In this document: positions 61,863-64,000 of the stretch, one piece after another
How positions within the stretch are numbered: the stretch's first letter is position 1
Layout: each line of letters starts with the position of its first letter
Origin: an uncultured bacterium
GTDB lineage: Bacteria; Poribacteria; WGA-4E; JAJDTR01
DNA: 64,000 nt
Direction of reading: 5' to 3'
Assembly (NCBI GenBank): GCA_964478165.1
Contig: CAYZGU010000039.1
Span: 7,963-71,962, forward strand
The notes under the pieces: generated by a model
Database searches by the model: none
Told to the model about the DNA's origin: nothing
What the model saw: the letters and a program-made list of their open reading frames with translations, nothing else
Translations under genes and position numbers: made by a program

Positions 61863-62390
61863 ATGGCAAATCTTATTCTTATTGGCTTTATGGGAAGTGG
61901 AAAATCGGCCGTGGGTCTGAAGCTCTCTAAGCGTTTGCAAATGAAATACACCGATACGGACGACCTCGTTGAGGCGGTTGCTGGATTGAGTGTAGCGGAC
62001 ATCTTTGATGAATATGGAGAGGCTTATTTTCGTAGGTTGGAGAGCGAGGCTGTTCGCAAAGTTTCACTTTTGGAAAAGCACGTTATTTCGACTGGTGGAG
62101 GGGTTGTCCTACGCCCGTCGAATATGGAGAGCCTTAAGCGGGGCGGGATTCTTTTCTGCTTGTCGGCGACAGCGGAAGAAATCTGGGCCCGGGTGAGAAC
62201 GCAGGAACACCGTCCACTGCTGAAAGAACCAGATAGCTTAGAAGAGATTCGTGAGATGCTCAGCGCACGTGCGCCATATTACAGCGCTACTGACTACACG
62301 ATTCAAACCACTGGCCTATCAGTTGAACAGGTTACAAATGAAATTGTAGAGGTATTCGAATATGCCATCGATTTGCGTCGCGTTGGGTGA
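61863..62390 (+). CDS. aroK: Shikimate kinase
   Basis: GFMGSGKS P-loop, about 175 aa. The ATG at 61863 is preceded by AGGAAGGGG. The listed ORF start at 61857 is a TTG. Confidence 0.85.
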   Translation: MANLILIGFMGSGKSAVGLKLSKRLQMKYTDTDDLVEAVAGLSVADIFDEYGEAYFRRLESEAVRKVSLLEKHVISTGGGVVLRPSNMESLKRGGILFCLSATAEEIWARVRTQEHRPLLKEPDSLEEIREMLSARAPYYSATDYTIQTTGLSVEQVTNEIVEVFEYAIDLRRVG

Positions 62391-63477
62391 AAACAGTTAT
62401 CCAATTATGGTCGATCACAATGTTCTTGGTCAAATCGGCCAATTGCTTAAGCCGAAGGCGAGATCCGATTGTGTCGTTGTTGTAGCGGACGTTGTTGTTA
62501 GTCAACTTTATGGTGGTCTGGTTTTGGAAGGCCTTAGAGATGCCGGATTCAATTCCCAGTTAATCGAAGTTCCTTCCGGAGAGGAGCAGAAATCGCTTGA
62601 GTGGTTCGGTAGACTGCACGATACACTTATCGATTGCCATATGGATCGCACATCTACACTCATCGCCCTCGGTGGCGGTGTCATTGGCGATCTTGTGGGA
62701 TTTGTCGCTGCGACGTATATGCGGGGTATCTCTTTTGTGCAAATTCCTACAACCTTGCAGGCTCAGGTTGATGCGAGCGTGGGGGGGAAAACAGGAATCA
62801 ATCATCCAAAAAGCAAGAACCTCATAGGCACGTTTCATCAACCGCAGTTCGTGTTAATCGATGTGACAACGTTAAACACGTTGTCGCATCGGGATATTAG
62901 GGCGGGTTTGAGTGAAGTCATAAAGCATGGCGTAATCATGGATTCCCCCTTGTTTAATCAGGTTGAAGAGAATCTTCACGGAATTCTTAATCTTGATGCA
63001 GATGTTCTTATCGACGTAATCACTAGATCGTGTGCGGACAAAGCCCAAATTGTTGCCAGTGATGAAAGGGAGAGTCGCCTCCGGATGACGCTCAACTATG
63101 GACACACCTTTGGTCATGCAGTCGAAGCTCTGACAGGCTATAGCCTGTATCGTCATGGCGAAGCGGTTGCCATGGGGATGAATTGTGCAGCGCAGCTCGC
63201 TTTAAATCTTGAGATGTTGTCAGGCGAGGAATTAAAGCGTCAGCGAAATCTCATCAGAGCTGCGGGCCTTCCCGTATATTTTCCGTCAAGTCTCCGGACA
63301 AATTCTCTAATAGACGCGATGTACTTGGATAAAAAAACAAGGGATGGAAAGCTGACACTGGTTCTCCCCACGTCGATAGGTAGCGTGGCCATTCGCGATG
63401 ATGTGGACGATGTTGAAATTGTTCGAGCTATTACAGAGTGCATTAGTGACGAAGAATTCGCGCCCTCGATAGGTTGA
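62362..63477 (+). CDS. aroB: 3-dehydroquinate synthase
   Basis: 371 aa. GGGVIGD(L/M)xGF, the nucleotide-binding and metal-binding His motifs (HGEAVAMG). Overlaps the aroK 3' end. Confidence 0.85.
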   Translation: MPSICVALGENSYPIMVDHNVLGQIGQLLKPKARSDCVVVVADVVVSQLYGGLVLEGLRDAGFNSQLIEVPSGEEQKSLEWFGRLHDTLIDCHMDRTSTLIALGGGVIGDLVGFVAATYMRGISFVQIPTTLQAQVDASVGGKTGINHPKSKNLIGTFHQPQFVLIDVTTLNTLSHRDIRAGLSEVIKHGVIMDSPLFNQVEENLHGILNLDADVLIDVITRSCADKAQIVASDERESRLRMTLNYGHTFGHAVEALTGYSLYRHGEAVAMGMNCAAQLALNLEMLSGEELKRQRNLIRAAGLPVYFPSSLRTNSLIDAMYLDKKTRDGKLTLVLPTSIGSVAIRDDVDDVEIVRAITECISDEEFAPSIG

Positions 63478-64000
63478 CCCTCTCGGTTGAAGAACCGACA
63501 GGAACTGGCAATCGGTAATCACGCTAATTCGCAGATGTGGTTAGGCGTTTTTCTCCCCTATCTCTACTCAGCAAAGGGACGGTTTCAGTGCGTGACTTTT
63601 GCATGCTGAGACGGAAGCACATAAGCCTCTAACAATTCGGGTGATTCAGATTGATCTCCGAACGCGACAATGCCCGCGTATTCAAGGATTTGTCGGGGGC
63701 TGTTGTTCCGGTTGCCTCCGCACTTTATATGTGGTTGAAACCAATCGGAGGCTCTACTGAGAGATGCGACGGGGGCTTAGCCATCGATTGGTGATGGAAA
63801 AATGTAAGATCGGGCCTGGGTTGAGAACACCTTAGGGTCAATTGGCAGATAGTTTTCAGCCGCTAGACTCTGTCGACATAGATCCTTGATGCAAAGTTAT
63901 AATAATCCACTTACATTTGGCAATCGAATCGGAATGCTGTCGTGTGGGAAACTTGTCTAACGCTGACAAGGTTGCTGGATGGGATTAAATCGTTGGATCT

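Noticed and set aside
1-64000. CRISPR arrays, IS elements, integrases, rRNA or tRNA genes
   Set aside because: No short regularly spaced repeats and no transposase- or integrase-like ORFs. No cloverleaf-capable sequences were found in the intergenic regions by manual inspection.

Overview
The window looks like a chromosomal segment from a free-living Gram-negative bacterium. GC content is moderate (about 48-50%). Intergenic regions are unusually long, many in the 0.7-1.4 kb range, and I found no transposase, integrase, rRNA, tRNA or CRISPR array. Everything below comes from reading the supplied ORF translations and the DNA itself; no database search was possible.

Recognisable housekeeping and accessory content, in order:
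- Molybdenum-cofactor genes mobA and moeA.
- An Fe-S module: a B12-binding radical SAM enzyme, an IscU-like protein and ErpA.
- An iron-acquisition and storage island: a TonB-dependent receptor, bacterioferritin, an ABM-type monooxygenase and an FbpABC-type Fe3+ ABC importer.
- A TolC / HlyD / MacB-ATPase efflux set with no permease gene.
- KdtA, thioredoxin, peroxiredoxin, a DnaJ-domain protein, aroK and aroB.
- A sigma-54 activator with a GAF domain, a Ser/Thr kinase, and two tandem CNNM/CorC-type transporters.

The most unusual content:
- A tRNA-guanine-transglycosylase-family protein with an intact Zn motif and a roughly 230-aa C-terminal DUF5591-like extension, co-oriented with a QueD/PTPS-like gene that lacks the catalytic Cys. 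This could be a 7-deazaguanine or archaeosine-like modification module in a bacterium.
- Pterin genes dispersed along the window: a fused double PTPS overlapping folE and followed by an SDR, a separate folB, and a beta-RFAP-synthase-like GHMP kinase of the kind used for methanopterin-type cofactors.
- Two proteins whose canonical catalytic or ligand residues are replaced: an ABC nucleotide-binding domain (Walker-B Glu to Gln, Q-loop Gln to Glu, H-loop His to Asn) next to a FadL-like outer-membrane protein, and an IscU-like protein keeping only one of the three cluster-ligating Cys.
- A 1335-aa lipoprotein with about 27 BNR/Ycf48-like beta-propeller blades, followed by a VWA protein and the sigma-54 regulator.
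- A roughly 4 kb stretch (27.6-31.6 kb) with a single convincing gene, and several perfect 14-17 bp hairpins without U-tracts.
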